A stretch of DNA of 64,000 bases from the human T2T-CHM13v2.0 reference genome, Homo sapiens (GCF_009914755.1 NC_060931.1), one strand, 5' to 3'. Positions 33,267 to 48,155 are shown, counted from the first letter of the stretch. Made by a program: numbers and translations. The notes: generated by a model from the letters alone, not told the origin.

Positions 33267-34700
33267 AGATGGAAGATGAGGGAGTATAATATAGACAATT
33301 CTTCCTAGAAGTGAGAAGGTTGCTTGTAAAGACAAAAGACAATAGGAGCTGGAAGGAAACAGGGAGCTGGGAAAGTTTTTAAAAACTGAAGAGACTTCAA
33401 TATGTTTAAAAAGACAATGGAAAAGATCTCGTGGAGATAGGGGGCTTGAATATAAAAATGAGATAATGCAGAGTTCCTGAGAAGGTGGGAGGTGTTGGGA
33501 TCTGTGAAATAAAAACATATTTGAGCCTAAAACTTTGATTTAGCCTTGGTTAAAATTAAACATTTGAAGATTATCTTAACATTTCCTTAAAATAATTTTT
33601 ATTAACTTTAATTATCATTGATACACAGTGACTCACAAAATACAGGTATTTAATAAGAAACACTGGGAAGGAAGAATCTTGTTGACATAAGTACCTTAAA
33701 AATTCAAAGTACTTTGCTGGCTATTACTCTTCTCAGTAAGATGAGGAAGAGAGGTTAGAAAATATTTACATTCTAGTGACCTTTCAGTTGCACAAGGAAC
33801 AAAGAACACTGTTAGGAGCCAATGGGGCAAAGGTCTTATATAAACCTCTGCAGGCTCTGTTTCTTAGTATCATAAATTATAGTTTCTCTTTTTGATAGTG
33901 CAAGAAACTTCCCAAAACACTCAATTTTAACTTCAAAGTTTCTGCTTAGTATTTCCAGACGTAAACTTTAGTGTAAAGCATGTGATGACTACAAAGTCTG
34001 TAATGCATTTGTTATAGGAAATTTTCCTTAATGTGCAAGATAGGAAGTCAAGGGAGTTTAAGGTGTTGGAAGTCGTGTTAATGAAATTATAGCTATGGAC
34101 TCTAAGTTGGATACTGAGGGAAGTATTAAAAAAAGAAATGGATTGAGATGCTGATGAGTTTGAAAAATAGTTCTGCTGGGCATATTTGAATGAACAAGTT
34201 AGAAGAATAGGAGATTGTGGTCAAAGAGTAGGAGGCTTGCTTTTCAAGATGATGGCAAGGGCCAAGGTGTGACCACAGAAATAGGTATCTGGAGTGGAGT
34301 ATTTGAGATGAGGGATTCAGGAAATTAAAATGCTGGGATGTTGGCCTTTTCATTTTAATCTCATCCAAGTAGACAATGAATGGCTTAGAATGGAGGAGAC
34401 TGTGCACTAGGTGACACTCTTCACTGAATGAGGAACAGTGACTTGGAGATCAGAAGACGACAGCCACAGGGAGGGAAGACGGAGCATAACACAACAGTGT
34501 ATATCTCAAAGGAGCAAAGGTGTGTTACAAGCACCTAGGTAGGTAATGATTGGGAAACAAGGAGCAATGAATACATCAATAAAATCTAACAGACAGGGAA
34601 AGAGAAAATCAGCCTATTTTAGAGTGTTTGGAATCCTCTCTTTCTCTGCCTATCCAAAGCCTACCATTATTCAAATCTCATTTTTAAAGGCCCTCTTTTT

Positions 34701-34944
<244 letters not shown>

Positions 34945-35899
34945 TTACAAAGGTGTTTTTTTCTTTTTAATTAAGAATCATTTATAACAAAAGGAATCTT
35001 TAATACAAATTCTAATGTAAACCATTGTTCTAAGAAAGGAGAACAACTCATTTGCCTGGCTTTTAAAACCTGTAATGTTTCTAATAAAACATGTCTATTT
35101 GAACTTTTTCAAAAATTTTCAATCCATGTTTTGCTATCTAGTTGTCCCATCTGTGCCTTTTAAATTATATTATTCTCACTATGTAAGCCTTTTTTTCATC
35201 TTTTCAAATCTTATCAGTCTTTTGAAGTTTAGAGACCAATCTCTTTTACAAAGTCTAGCTAATTTCAAAATTAATTATTCTGTATATCTTTCTACTTTAT
35301 TTCTCATAGTCCATTTCCTTCAAATTTGACAGTTATCTATACCATCCGGTAACATCTTGACCTGATTTTAAGCAGTTTCAGGGAAGAAACCATGCTTGAT
35401 TCCTTGTTTTTCCCAGAGCACATAGTAAATGAACAAAATGCTCTTATTAAGAAGCGACATGACACAATGGTGAATGAATGAACTTTGGAGGAAATTATTA
35501 TTTTTGGTTAACAATTTTCTTCTTACCTGATTCCTTTGCCCAAGCTCTTAAATCCTGACTGGAAAGTCCTCCTCCTCCATCTCCTCATCGAAATCATACC
35601 TCACTTTGACAGTCTAGGCCTGCCTCCCCCATGAAAAGTGTACTGCTAACATAAGCCTGTACTTTCTCCCATCTCTGAATATCTGTCTTCCTATTCATTT
35701 ACACTTTAGTTACCTACATTTTCATGGGCTCATTTCTTTTCTTCCCTTTGCTATCATAAGTTCCTCTAATGAAAGAACAGTGCCTTTTAAATATAGTCAG
35801 CATATTTTCCCAATCAAACACAGGACAACTGCCTAGAAACTACTTGACACTGTAGTTGCTCCAGAAAAATCATGGGTTACTCACTGATTTACTTTCCAA

Positions 35900-36422
35900 T
35901 AATTCTCTCAATATTCACCACTTCGAAATCTAAAAAGCTCTGAAAATTGGCCAGGTGCGGTGGCTCATGCCTGTAATCCCAGAAGGAGAATCACTCGAAC
36001 CTGGGAGGCAGAGGTTGCAGTGAGCCGAAATCTTGCCACTGCTCTCCAGCCTGGGTGACAGGGAAGAGGGCAGAGACCCCGTCTCAAAAAAAAAAAAAAA
36101 AGAAAAAGCTCTGAAAATCAAATGTTTTCTCAACATTTGGTGGCAAAACCTGTTTGACCTGACTCATTTGTCATTAAAACTTGACCTGAACCCAAGGGCA
36201 AAGTGGCAGAACCTGACCTGAAAAACTTGACTTGAGTGAGACTATACATTTCATTTATCTTAGTGTGATATTCATAATTGTTCCGGAAAAAAAAGTTGAC
36301 TGTGGGTGCTGCCCCAGATAGTGAGGAATGTCACATAAAGCACACCTCTCTAAAGTCTGAAAAATTCTGAATTCTGAAATCCATCTGGCAGAAAGATTTC
36401 ACTTAAAGGAAGTGAATCCATA
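35900..36422 (+). mobile_element. MER46C-like Tigger remnant containing an internally deleted Alu (35949-36102)
   Basis: aaaaagctctgaaaa...tttggtggcaaaacctg...gacctgaac; Alu TSD aaaaagctctgaaaat. Confidence 0.7.
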
Positions 36423-36483
36423 TCTCTTCTAGCCATAGTCCACTGCCATACAAATAAGAGGCTAACTTTAAGAAATTCAATTA

Positions 36484-36812
<329 letters not shown>

Positions 36813-36953
36813 AGAAATTCAATTAAATACTAAGAGGGTATCTATTTATCTTGGTGGGAAAAACTTGGTCTAAAAATTAAAGGATCATTATTAAAATGAA
36901 TGAAGCAAGCTAAAATTCCAGAACAAATACCTTCCTGGGGAAAATAAGGTCTA

Positions 36954-37241
<288 letters not shown>

Positions 37242-37779
37242 TTATGGTTTTTATTAAGCATACTGTTTTTCTGATTTCATTAACTGAAAATTAGTGGTAA
37301 TTAAAAATGTATTACATATAAATAGGAATGTGATTTAAACAAAGAGTGACATCTCTGACAAATTGTGCTTATAAAATTCACTGCTATGTTTACATTTCTT
37401 AAGGGACACAGTTATTTCTACTACCAGAAGGTTGCTACCAGTAACGCAAGTGATAACTTATGTTGATTATTCACACCGTTTTCTTCATCCATAAAATAAG
37501 GAGACTGGGACTAAATGGCCTATTAAGGTTCTTCTGAAATTCTATGATCAAGTATAATACCCAGCACAAGACCAAGTTCAAAAATGTCAATACACAGGAA
37601 ACAAATCAGTCTGTAAATATTGAGAACCTATGTTATCAAAGCTAATGTCTTCTGAAATAACTGGAAGTAAAGATGAAAGTACATGAAAGATAATTTTGAA
37701 TGTTCTGTATTTAGAATGTGCTTCAACATTTAATGCGATCTAATTTACATATCCTTTCTGGTGCTATTGCAAGGTTTGT

Positions 37780-37966
37780 CAGGGTTTTACGGCAACAGAA
37801 GACTATGATGAATTCGAATGGGACACATTTGCTTCTGTGGAGTTACGATTCAAACTGAATGTCCAATATAGGAAGGCAACATATACAACAAGCAAAAGTG
37901 ATTTTAGAAATAACAGAACGCGGGAGAAAATTCACACACGGAAAATGATACGGATAACAAAAGCAG
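37780..37966 (+). other. Candidate alternative upstream first exon of TAX1BP1 (5' end uncertain)
   Basis: Good donor AAGCAG|gtaact at 37966 in unique sequence ~600 bp upstream of the main start. Confidence 0.35.
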
Positions 37967-38529
37967 GTAACTCACAGAAATGCGGCTAGAAAAGAGGCCT
38001 CTGCTGGAGCGAGAGCAAATAGAATCAGAGGGCATTAGAACTGAAAAGCTCCTAGGAGCTTTCAGTGAACAAAACTTCATAGCCAAAAAAGCACACGACT
38101 GGGCCAGGAGTTCAGAGACAGTCTTGGTGCTCAGGGGTTTGCAGCCCTAGCCGTGTGGTCACTCCCTTGCTTCTCTGGCTATTTCCTTATCTATAAAATG
38201 AGTGGGCTAGTTTAGGCCGACTGAGACGCAGACAGGGATACGGTACTGTCCATGGACCTCTGAGCTGCCCTTTCCACATCGCTGGTGAGTTACTTAAACC
38301 TCCTGTGTGTTTCCCCCTTTCGTATGTCAAAATAATAACATAAAATCAGAATGTAAATCCAGACGCATTGTTTTGCTGCGATTAAGTTGAACGAAAATAG
38401 CAAGGACGAAGTAAGGAGAGAGCCAGCCTACCCGCGGGATGAGGCGTCCCGCGGCGGAGTGGGCTGGGGGCGTGTCGTCGCGGAGGGGAGCGGCGAACCA
38501 GGCAGGAGGCGGAAGAGACCGCCCCGTGG

Positions 38530-38543
38530 GCGGAAGTGACGCA
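38530..38543 (+). promoter_or_regulatory. Overlapping ETS-CRE composite motif (GABP/CREB-ATF type)
   Basis: GCGGAAGTGACGCA = CGGAAGTG overlapping a TGACG half-CRE. Confidence 0.7.
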
Positions 38544-38685
38544 AGGCCTACTGTCGGCTGGGAGGGGAGGTGTAGCCGGTCTTTGGGGGTAGGCGGTAGT
38601 GGCGGAAGAGGTTCGGCGGCTGATGGCGGATCAGGATCGGAAGCCTGCGTAACTTTCTCCCTTGATCCGGGAGTCTTTCCACTGG
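38540..38685 (+). other. TAX1BP1: TAX1BP1 non-coding exon 1 (5' UTR); start approximate
   Basis: Lies in the CpG island just after the ETS/CRE motif and ends at a strong donor ACTGG|gtaagg. The TSS cannot be fixed from sequence alone. Confidence 0.8.
38623..38652 (+). other. Upstream ORF in exon 1 (MADQDRKPA*)
   Basis: ATG GCG GAT CAG GAT CGG AAG CCT GCG TAA; +4 G. Translation is unproven. Confidence 0.55.
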
Positions 38686-39890
38686 GTAAGGCGCCTCCCC
38701 GGTCCACCCCAGCGCCTTGTGCGGGGCGGCCTCCAGCTGCATCTCTTTTAGGGCTCGTGCTACACCCTTCAGCCCCTGTACTGTAGGGGCCTGGCCGGTC
38801 TCGGGAGAGGTCTCTGTGGTGACGAGGCTTTCCTTCCCGAAGACAAACCTTCCTTTCCAGACTGCGATTGTGACGGGGGTGTGGGCGACTCGGATCAGCT
38901 GTGGAGTTTTGGAATGGCAACGGGTGGCCGCCCCACGCGGTGGGAGGCCCGTGGGACAGGCCTTCGCGATTTGGGGGAGGCGTGTGGGACGGGGGCCCTT
39001 TGGCTGGGGACGAGTGACGCTGGCGACCCCCGAAGGAAAAGCTTCTGGTGTCCAAGGCTAAACTCTGGGGTGACTGTTTTGAGGGCAGTGTGGGTTTTAC
39101 CGGCGCAGTAAGCTGAGAAAACACGTAGGTCGCGTCCGAGAAGGACGCTGGGGTTTGCCTTTGCGGAGAGAAACCCAGCTGTTTTGGTTTGAGTCGCCGG
39201 TGGCGAAGGGGGCGGAGACTCCCTGCGCCGCCTACTTTTGAGGGCCGCGGGCGGAGTTGGCGGTTCTGGCTGATGGCCTGCTTCACCTGGAATCCATTCC
39301 CCACCCCGCCCCGTTCGCAAGGTGTGGACTAGTCCCGACCGACTTGCACTCCTGGCTTAGGGAATCTGTGGCTAGAGTTTAGCGTGCGCGCGCGCGCGTA
39401 CACCTTATTAGTAAAAAATTGAGCTTAGCGTGCGTCTGTGTGGGTGTGTGTACACACCTTATTGGTAAAAGTTTTGTTAGAAAACACTGGCATTTGACTT
39501 TAGACATACACAGTGTTAGATTTCCGGTTTCACACAGTGGTTATGAATTGCTATTATGTTAGGCTTTAGATGGGAAAATAAATCTTGATTTTTCAGCTGT
39601 CTGCATTCTGCTAATGTTAAAATTTCTACGAGCTGTGCACGAACAATTAATAGTTACAAGTTTGGTGCTCAATTCCTAAAGGATTTAAAGAGATCATTTG
39701 AATAGAAACTAAAAGTGGGTCGATCGTCCTCAAAGTGCTTTTCGGGTTTAGGGAAGGAGCTTAGGACAGCCTTTCTCTTTCGTTCTGTTCCTTTCAAGGG
39801 TAAACTTGAAGGATTGTTTGATGATGCCGACTTCTAATAAGGTTTTATTTATTTTTCAAACTGATTGTTCAACTTCAAAGAACATTGTAG

Positions 39891-41181
<1,291 letters not shown>

Positions 41182-42182
41182 CATCACGTTCTTAAATTGT
41201 AGACCGCTGTTTATAGTTCTCACTGCAGCCATGTTTGTAGAATTAACCAGCAAATACCTTTTCCATAACAAAAGTAAAATTTTGGAATTCAAAGTTTCAA
41301 CCTTTTTAATAATGTTAAAATAATCATGAAAGATCCTAATGATGCTCCTTGTATACTTCTTTTGGGGACTTTGTTGTATTCTTTTGGAATGGATATGTTA
41401 AATCTGGGCTTTATGCATTTCTGTCTTTTTAAAGCTTATTTTGTCCCAAATAAACCTTTAGAAGAAGATAAAAATGTCCTCTACCCTAATATGTGTGGGC
41501 CAATATCATAGCATTTTAGAAACCAACTTATAAAAATCTAAAAAGTAAATAAAAGTGGTGCGGGTGATACCTGGGCGGAATGTCTTGGCACTCAGGGGTA
41601 AAGGATTCTGGAAATAGGGATGTCTGCAAGGGTGCAAATTAATAGACTGGGGCTTTTGCTGTTGCCTCCTAGAAAAATTGCTGATTATATTTTTTGGGAG
41701 CAGAGGTCTGTTGAGAGTTGTTCGTCTTTCTTTTTTTGAGCCACAGTGTGAATAATTGGAAACTATTTGAATGCTGGACATTTTTTCCTTTCATATGTTT
41801 GTGTGTCCTATCAGATTAAAGTTTGGAGATAATTCTAAAGGTTTTTTAGCTGAAGATGTGAAAAACTTTCAGTAACTCTATCAACCATTACCTGAATTAC
41901 AACACTTCTAAGGGTACAAAGCGTTCATATTCTAAAATGCAGTGTTTCTGCTACAGTGGGTCATATGTGGAGTGTTACTAATCTGTTTCATTTCTTTATT
42001 TGCTTTGGTTTTACTATTACAGAAATTTTCAAACATACACAAAGGAGAATGAACAGTAAAATGAACCGACACTTTACTAATCTTGTTTTATTACCCCCTC
42101 TAACATTAATTTTTTCCCCTGGAGTTTTTAAAGCAAATCTTAGACATCAAGACATTTCACTTACAGTTAGTTTAGTATCTTT

Positions 42183-42492
42183 ATTTTTTATTTTTATTTA
42201 TTTTTTATTTTTGAGACGGAGTCTCGCTGTCACCCAGGCTGGAGTGCAATGGCGTGATCTCAGCTCACTGCAGGCTCCGCCCCCCAGGGTTCACGCCATT
42301 CTCCTGCCTCAGCCTCCCGAGTAGCTGGGACTACAGGCGCCTGCCACCTCGCCCGGCTAATTTTTTGTATTTTTAGTAGAGATGGGTTTTCACCGTGTTA
42401 GCCAGGATGGTCTCGATCTCCTGAACTCGTGATCCGCCCGCCTCGGCCTCCCAAAGTGCTGGGATTACAGGCGTGAGCCACCGCACCCGGCC
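42183..42492 (-). mobile_element. AluY in TAX1BP1 intron 1
   Basis: CpG-rich, AluY diagnostics; TSD tagtttagtatcttt. Confidence 0.92.
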
Positions 42493-45400
42493 TAGTTTAG
42501 TATCTTTAAATGATAAAGACTAGAAAAACACAGAATCACCATAATTATATTATCACACATAACAAAATTACCTTATTTTTGAATTCTAATTGTTAGGACT
42601 GGCAAATTATATTTAGTATTTATCTAAATTAAAAAGCTTAATTTGGCTTCATATGTTTAATGTACAGAAGTTCTTACTATGGTCTATTTTTCAGTAAGTT
42701 CACTAAGGCTTACATTTTTGGGCTAAAGTAAAACAAGTATTGGGAACCACTGGAAAAATACTACCACAAAAGTCAAATCTGCTTTGGGCTTGAAAAAGTT
42801 ACAAGAGGAGTAAGTAAAGATAACATTGAAATGCTTCCCTGCCCCCACCCCATGTTTATTTTAGCTGTATACATAACTGAGTGCCCACTATATATTATTT
42901 ATCTTTTTTATAGACATTAATGCATTCGCAAAATAATAAAATTGGAATTTAGACCAAAGACTTTATAATATACAGTTTACAGCATAACACACATAAAGAA
43001 ATTCTAGAGGCATTGGAACTTGGGGAAGTGTAGTAGGAAACCTGGAAGAGGGCACTGTAGCCAGCATGTATAAGCATTTCTGATTTTGTTTCCCAGCCAA
43101 ATGTGTCTGGCCCCTTAATTGTTGACTGGACGTTTCATACTTATCCTTGGCTTGCCTACTTACTATACTCCTGTTTGTAGAGGTGCACTTTAGAGAAGGG
43201 GAATCAGAATTTGACATGGTAAAGCTGCTTGCTTCTACTTTCCTTTTTGTGTAGGGAGTGTACTTCTCTCCAACTGAGAGGAGGTTTGTACTTTTTCTCA
43301 GGATGTTAGTGAAGCTACACTTCCCAGGCATTACCACAAGGTGATGCAGTGACTTTGCATATTATTTCTCCACTCCCGTGCGACCTTGACATTCTCAGTG
43401 AATTCCAACATTTTTGTAAGCTTGCCTAAGTCTGTTATCTGTAGGAGGAGTGAACCAGAGGAACTATGTGGGAATTAGAAATTTTATTATTTAAAATGGG
43501 TTGATTAATGACATAATTATATTTGATTGCATTCATCCATGTAAACTTTTTAAATGATTAGTAGCTATATTGTAATTTAATAAGAGTAAAAAATGACAAG
43601 GTACTGGAATGACTTTTGTAAAATATTTCTATAATTATAGCAATGAAATTTTAAAAAGATTGGAGTGTTGGAGAGAGATTAATGAAGGCCATTAATAGGA
43701 TAATCACAAATTATTTTACTTTTCAGACTTGTAACCATTGTGAATACTATATTTTAAAGTGAAATACTAGTGTTTTCTATTAGAAAATGTGAAATTCAGG
43801 GGAGGGTTTAAAAATGGAATTTCTTGTTAATAGGGCTATTTAAAACAATAGAAATAATACATTTATATATACTTGTAAAAATTCAAACAATAAATTGATG
43901 TAAAATTTAAGGTCCTTAAGTCTTCTTTTTACACACATCCCTTATAAGACTATTAACTCTATAGTGTATACTTCTTGAGTTCCTTTTGATGCATTTGTAA
44001 ACATATACAAATACATATATGTATACCTATGTGCTATTTTGTACCTCAAAAACTTCAGTGAACTAAAAGTATAAGGTTGGATTGTGGATTTTTAAAAAAC
44101 TGTTATAATTGAGGTTAACAGAAGTTGAAACACTTTTGCCTTGTTTTATAAAAAAAATAGTTACAGCTTTGTTGGTTTAATTTATTTTAGGAAATGATAT
44201 GTTAAATTTTAAGAAAAAAGTATTATCCTTAATCAGCTTTTGATTAAAAACATGGGACGTTTATTCTAAGCTAGTTTATTTCCTTCTTACTGAATATCTT
44301 TCTTAAAGGAAGCGTGACTATTCACTCACTTCATAGAAAAATATTATTCTCTTAATTCAGTTTTGGTAGTTGTATCTAATAGATGTTGGTTCTGTTGATT
44401 TAGCTATAGTTTCTTTTGTTGGTGTCTTGTAACCAGTAGTGAGTTTTTTTTTTTTCTTTTTTTTTAAAGAACTGGAATTGGTGTTTTTTTTTTTTTCCTT
44501 TGTGAAGCCAGTGACTTGAGATAATCATTAATGACTTCATTAGTATCATGACCTCCCTGGGAGCCCAAATTAGCTCAGACAACTCAAAGAAACAAAATAA
44601 TAAAACTCTTCAGTTATTTTAGGCAGAGTTCTCCAGTGTTTGTAAATGCTACCTGTTCATTTTTCTGATGGCTTTAGGTTACCAGGTAGAGAGTATTCAT
44701 AGTTAAGTCTTTCCATGAAATATGGTTGCTGGTAGCAAAGTCCCTTTATTAGTGCAGAGGTAAAGGGGGATTGCTACTGAATATACTCTATCTTGGAATG
44801 CTTGCAAACCTCAGGTAGGGAGAGGCTGACAACTAGCCTGATACTCTACAGTGGTTTCCAGGTTCATGATTGACAGTCTCTTTTTGGGATATCCATTATA
44901 TTCAGTAAAGCAGGACTTTGGCCATAACAGAAGCAGAGGGGACACAAGAAGAAAGTTGATATTTTTTAAAGTGCTTATTATTACAAAACTTTAAAAATTT
45001 GCCTTAGTATTTCAAACAGGTCAGCAAAAGAAACAGTTGTAAAAGCACACTGTTTTAGATCTTAGCAATAAGCCTTCTTACTAATGGCTAAAATATGAGT
45101 AGAGCCTTACTGCTGTGCTTGCTCTGTAGAAACTTCATTGATTTGTGAAGTAAATTAGATTAATTTGGTTAGCAAAAACCTTGCCCCAGTTTTCCCCATT
45201 ATTACAGAGATGCCTGTTTTAATGACTCAAGCAAGTGCAGTCAGGACAGTCATAGTTTCTTATGTGTATTGTAGAATTAGTGATTGTACGGAGCCTGTGA
45301 CAAACTCTACAGATTGCTTTTTTGGGTAAATCCTCATTTGTTTCTGTTTTCTCAAAAGTAGAGCACAAAATAGGGAAAACATTTGGATCTTGCAGTTTTT

Positions 45401-46590
45401 ATAATCTGCTTTCACCATTCATCTGCTATCCAGTGCTTGGTGTTTACTAAGCCAGTGAGCGTTCATGAATCTCTAAGAGATTTTCAACAGTGTGTATTTT
45501 ATTAACACTACACTTTTATTTTTATTTTTAAATATAAGTTTATTTTAATCAGTAAACATGTGGAAAGGGTACGTGAATACTAGAAGTTGAGGTAGGATCA
45601 TTGATTGGACCTATGATGAAATGATAGGTTTGTTATAGGTGGAGAAGAACAAATAGGCTGAGCCATTTCAAGTAGACCAGCTAAGATTTTACATGGTTTG
45701 AGAGATTTGAACAAGCTTGTAACAGAAGCCCAAGAAGACAGGCTGGGTCTGGGATCTGTGGAAATGAGTGAGAGGTAGAAGTTGTTGGATAGTGGTTCTC
45801 TTTTCTGGTTGCATACAGGATTGAGATTACTTGGGGCGATGTAGGGGCAGGGCTATGTATATTCGTATACACACCCACAGACACACATGCACACACTCCC
45901 AGGCCCCAATCCCAGAAAGTTGTTGTCATCTATTTTTTTTTTTTAAAGGCCCCTAATGATTCTAATGTGTAACCAGGGTTGAGAAATGCTGGTCCAGGGG
46001 ATTAGAAGGGCAGGAATGTAGGCACAGAGATGTTAGCGTCAGGTTTAGTTATAGGACCCCAAAACCTAGGGAGAGGGGAAGAGATGAATGGGATGGGCTA
46101 GGTTAGGGAGGAGAATGATGAAGCCCAAGGGTTCTACATAGGAAGGAAAAGTTAATTGACCCATAGCCAGTAAAATACTGACTTTTAACTGTTCTTGTTT
46201 CTGTTTCTTAGTGTTTGTTACTAGGAGCCAGCAGGTTTATATTGGCAGCGTGTGCACAAAAACACCTCTGGTTCATTTGCTTTTGATTTAAATAGAAGCA
46301 GAGGGCTAGGCTTTCCAGGAGAGTTAATTTTTGGTTTTGGTTTTTTAACTTTTAAATGCCCATATAACTTTCTGAGCCAAATGGGTTTTAGTTATTTTTC
46401 CAGTTTGTCTGTATTTTTATATTTAATCAATTTTTAAGAAGTTCCAGTATTTACAAAGTATATATTTTCTTAATTATGACATGCAAATATTCATGAAACT
46501 TATATTAAATATTATGTATTTTCTGAAGGCATAAGTTTATTCTTAGTTGGTATAATTTAACTTGTATGAATTACTTGTTTCAGATTCACA

Positions 46591-46752
46591 ATGACATCCT
46601 TTCAAGAAGTCCCATTGCAGACTTCCAACTTTGCCCATGTCATCTTTCAAAATGTGGCCAAGAGTTACCTTCCTAATGCACACCTGGAATGTCATTACAC
46701 CTTAACTCCATATATTCATCCACATCCAAAAGATTGGGTTGGTATATTCAAG
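46591..46752 (+). CDS. TAX1BP1: TAX1BP1 first coding exon (exon 2, whole exon 46584-46752), codons 1-54, start of SKICH domain
   Basis: Translates to MTSFQEVPLQTSNFAHVIFQNVAKSYLPNAHLECHYTLTPYIHPHPKDWVGIFK, the recognisable TAX1BP1 N-terminus with the SKICH DWVGIF motif. Acceptor ttgtttcag| at 46583, 7-nt UTR attcaca, donor AAG|gtaaga, phase 0. Confidence 0.97.
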
Positions 46753-47864
46753 GTAAGAAAGCTTTCTGAATATGTTCTCCATGTAAACACTTAAAATTTT
46801 ATTTTAAAACAGATTGATAAGTAGCTTTTACTTGCCTTAACTCTGCATTAAGACTCATTTTTGTAAACATCACCATGAAATATTTAACAGTGGGGAGTAG
46901 ATAAAATGGATGTTGGGAACTCCATTTCACCAGATTTTCCTCTCCCTGATCAGAAAGTTTACCTTCACTTAAGGACTTGTGAAAATTTTTTCAGAATCTT
47001 CTTTTCCTATTTTCTCCATTCATTACCTGCAATAAAAAAAGATCTTTTTCTTTGGGTTCTTATATTATTTACCATTTTTTCCAGTCATTTGAAATTAATT
47101 TTATACAGCTTGACAGCCATGTTATTATCCCTTCTACTGTCCTGCATGGCTTAAATATTGCTCAGATTGTATTACACAGTTTTAAGAGTATTCTGTTTGT
47201 ATTACACAGTTTTAAAGTATTCTGTTTAACATGACTGAATAGTAAACTCTTTGATGGCAGGAGTTCTAGTTCTTATATTTTACCAGTGATTTTGTATAAT
47301 ACTTTCTTGAAAATGAAGGTGATCATTACAGTGGTACACCTCACTGTGCAGGACTTTTTCTGGCAATTTTAACTCTTCAAAATGTAGTGGAAAACCAAAA
47401 CATAAGAATGTCCTCTGAGCAGTCAAAATAATGTCACGAATGTCCAAACAGTAAAACACATTCACTTTTCTCCTGTGTTATTCTGTAGTCTTCCTCAGAA
47501 TCAGTTTGTTTTATTTTAGTTAAGATTTTTATGGGCTTGAAATTTTGATTGTCTAATCTGTATAAAGTTAAACAACAAGGAAGAAAGAAATGAATAGCTG
47601 CTAGAAATTAGGCACATTGAAAGTGTCTAGAAGTAAAAGTCCAGCCTGACGGGAAGGCAGAAAAACATTTGGACAAAACAATTTTGGCATTTAATGACTT
47701 AGTTCCTTTCTTTGAATTCCTCATTTCTTGATGTTTCTGAATACAACACAATAGTTATTTACTGTTTACTTTTTGTGTCAGTTTTTTAGGCTTGTCAAAT
47801 CCCAAAATGGAGAAACATTCATTGTAACAATTTTATGAAATTAGGAGTAGTTTTTAAATTTTAT

Positions 47865-48155
47865 TTCTTATTTTTTGAGACAGGGTCTTATTCTATCACT
47901 CAGGCTGGAGTGCAGTGGTGGGATAGTGGCTTACTGCAACCTGACCTCCTGGGCTCAAGTGATCCTTTCCCCGCAGCCTTCCAAATAGCTGGGATTATAG
48001 ACACAACACCACGCCTGGCTAATTTTTAAAATTTTTTGTAGAGACAGGGTCTCACTATGTTGCCTAGGCTGGTTTTAACTTCCTAGGCTTAAGTGATCCT
48101 CCTGTCCCAGCCTCCCAAAGTGCTGGGATTACAGGTGTGAGCCACCGCACCTGGC
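47865..48155 (-). mobile_element. AluJ
   Basis: Diverged antisense dimer. Confidence 0.88.

Larger units (their letters stand above)
38420..39435. promoter_or_regulatory. CpG island / TATA-less promoter of TAX1BP1
   Basis: Sharp rise in GC and CpG density against AT-rich flanks; GC boxes (GGGCGG) and repeated GGCGGAAG ETS cores. Confidence 0.93.

Noticed and set aside
38327-39304. 325-aa minus-strand ORF (and overlapping 115-141 aa ORFs) across the CpG island
   Set aside because: Non-ATG start, P/R/S/G-rich composition, no recognisable domain; long stop-free frames are expected in GC-rich islands.
46753-46794. ORF-track extension VRKLSEYVLHVNT of TAX1BP1
   Set aside because: Read-through into intron 2 beyond the AAG|gtaaga donor; the protein continues in exon 3.
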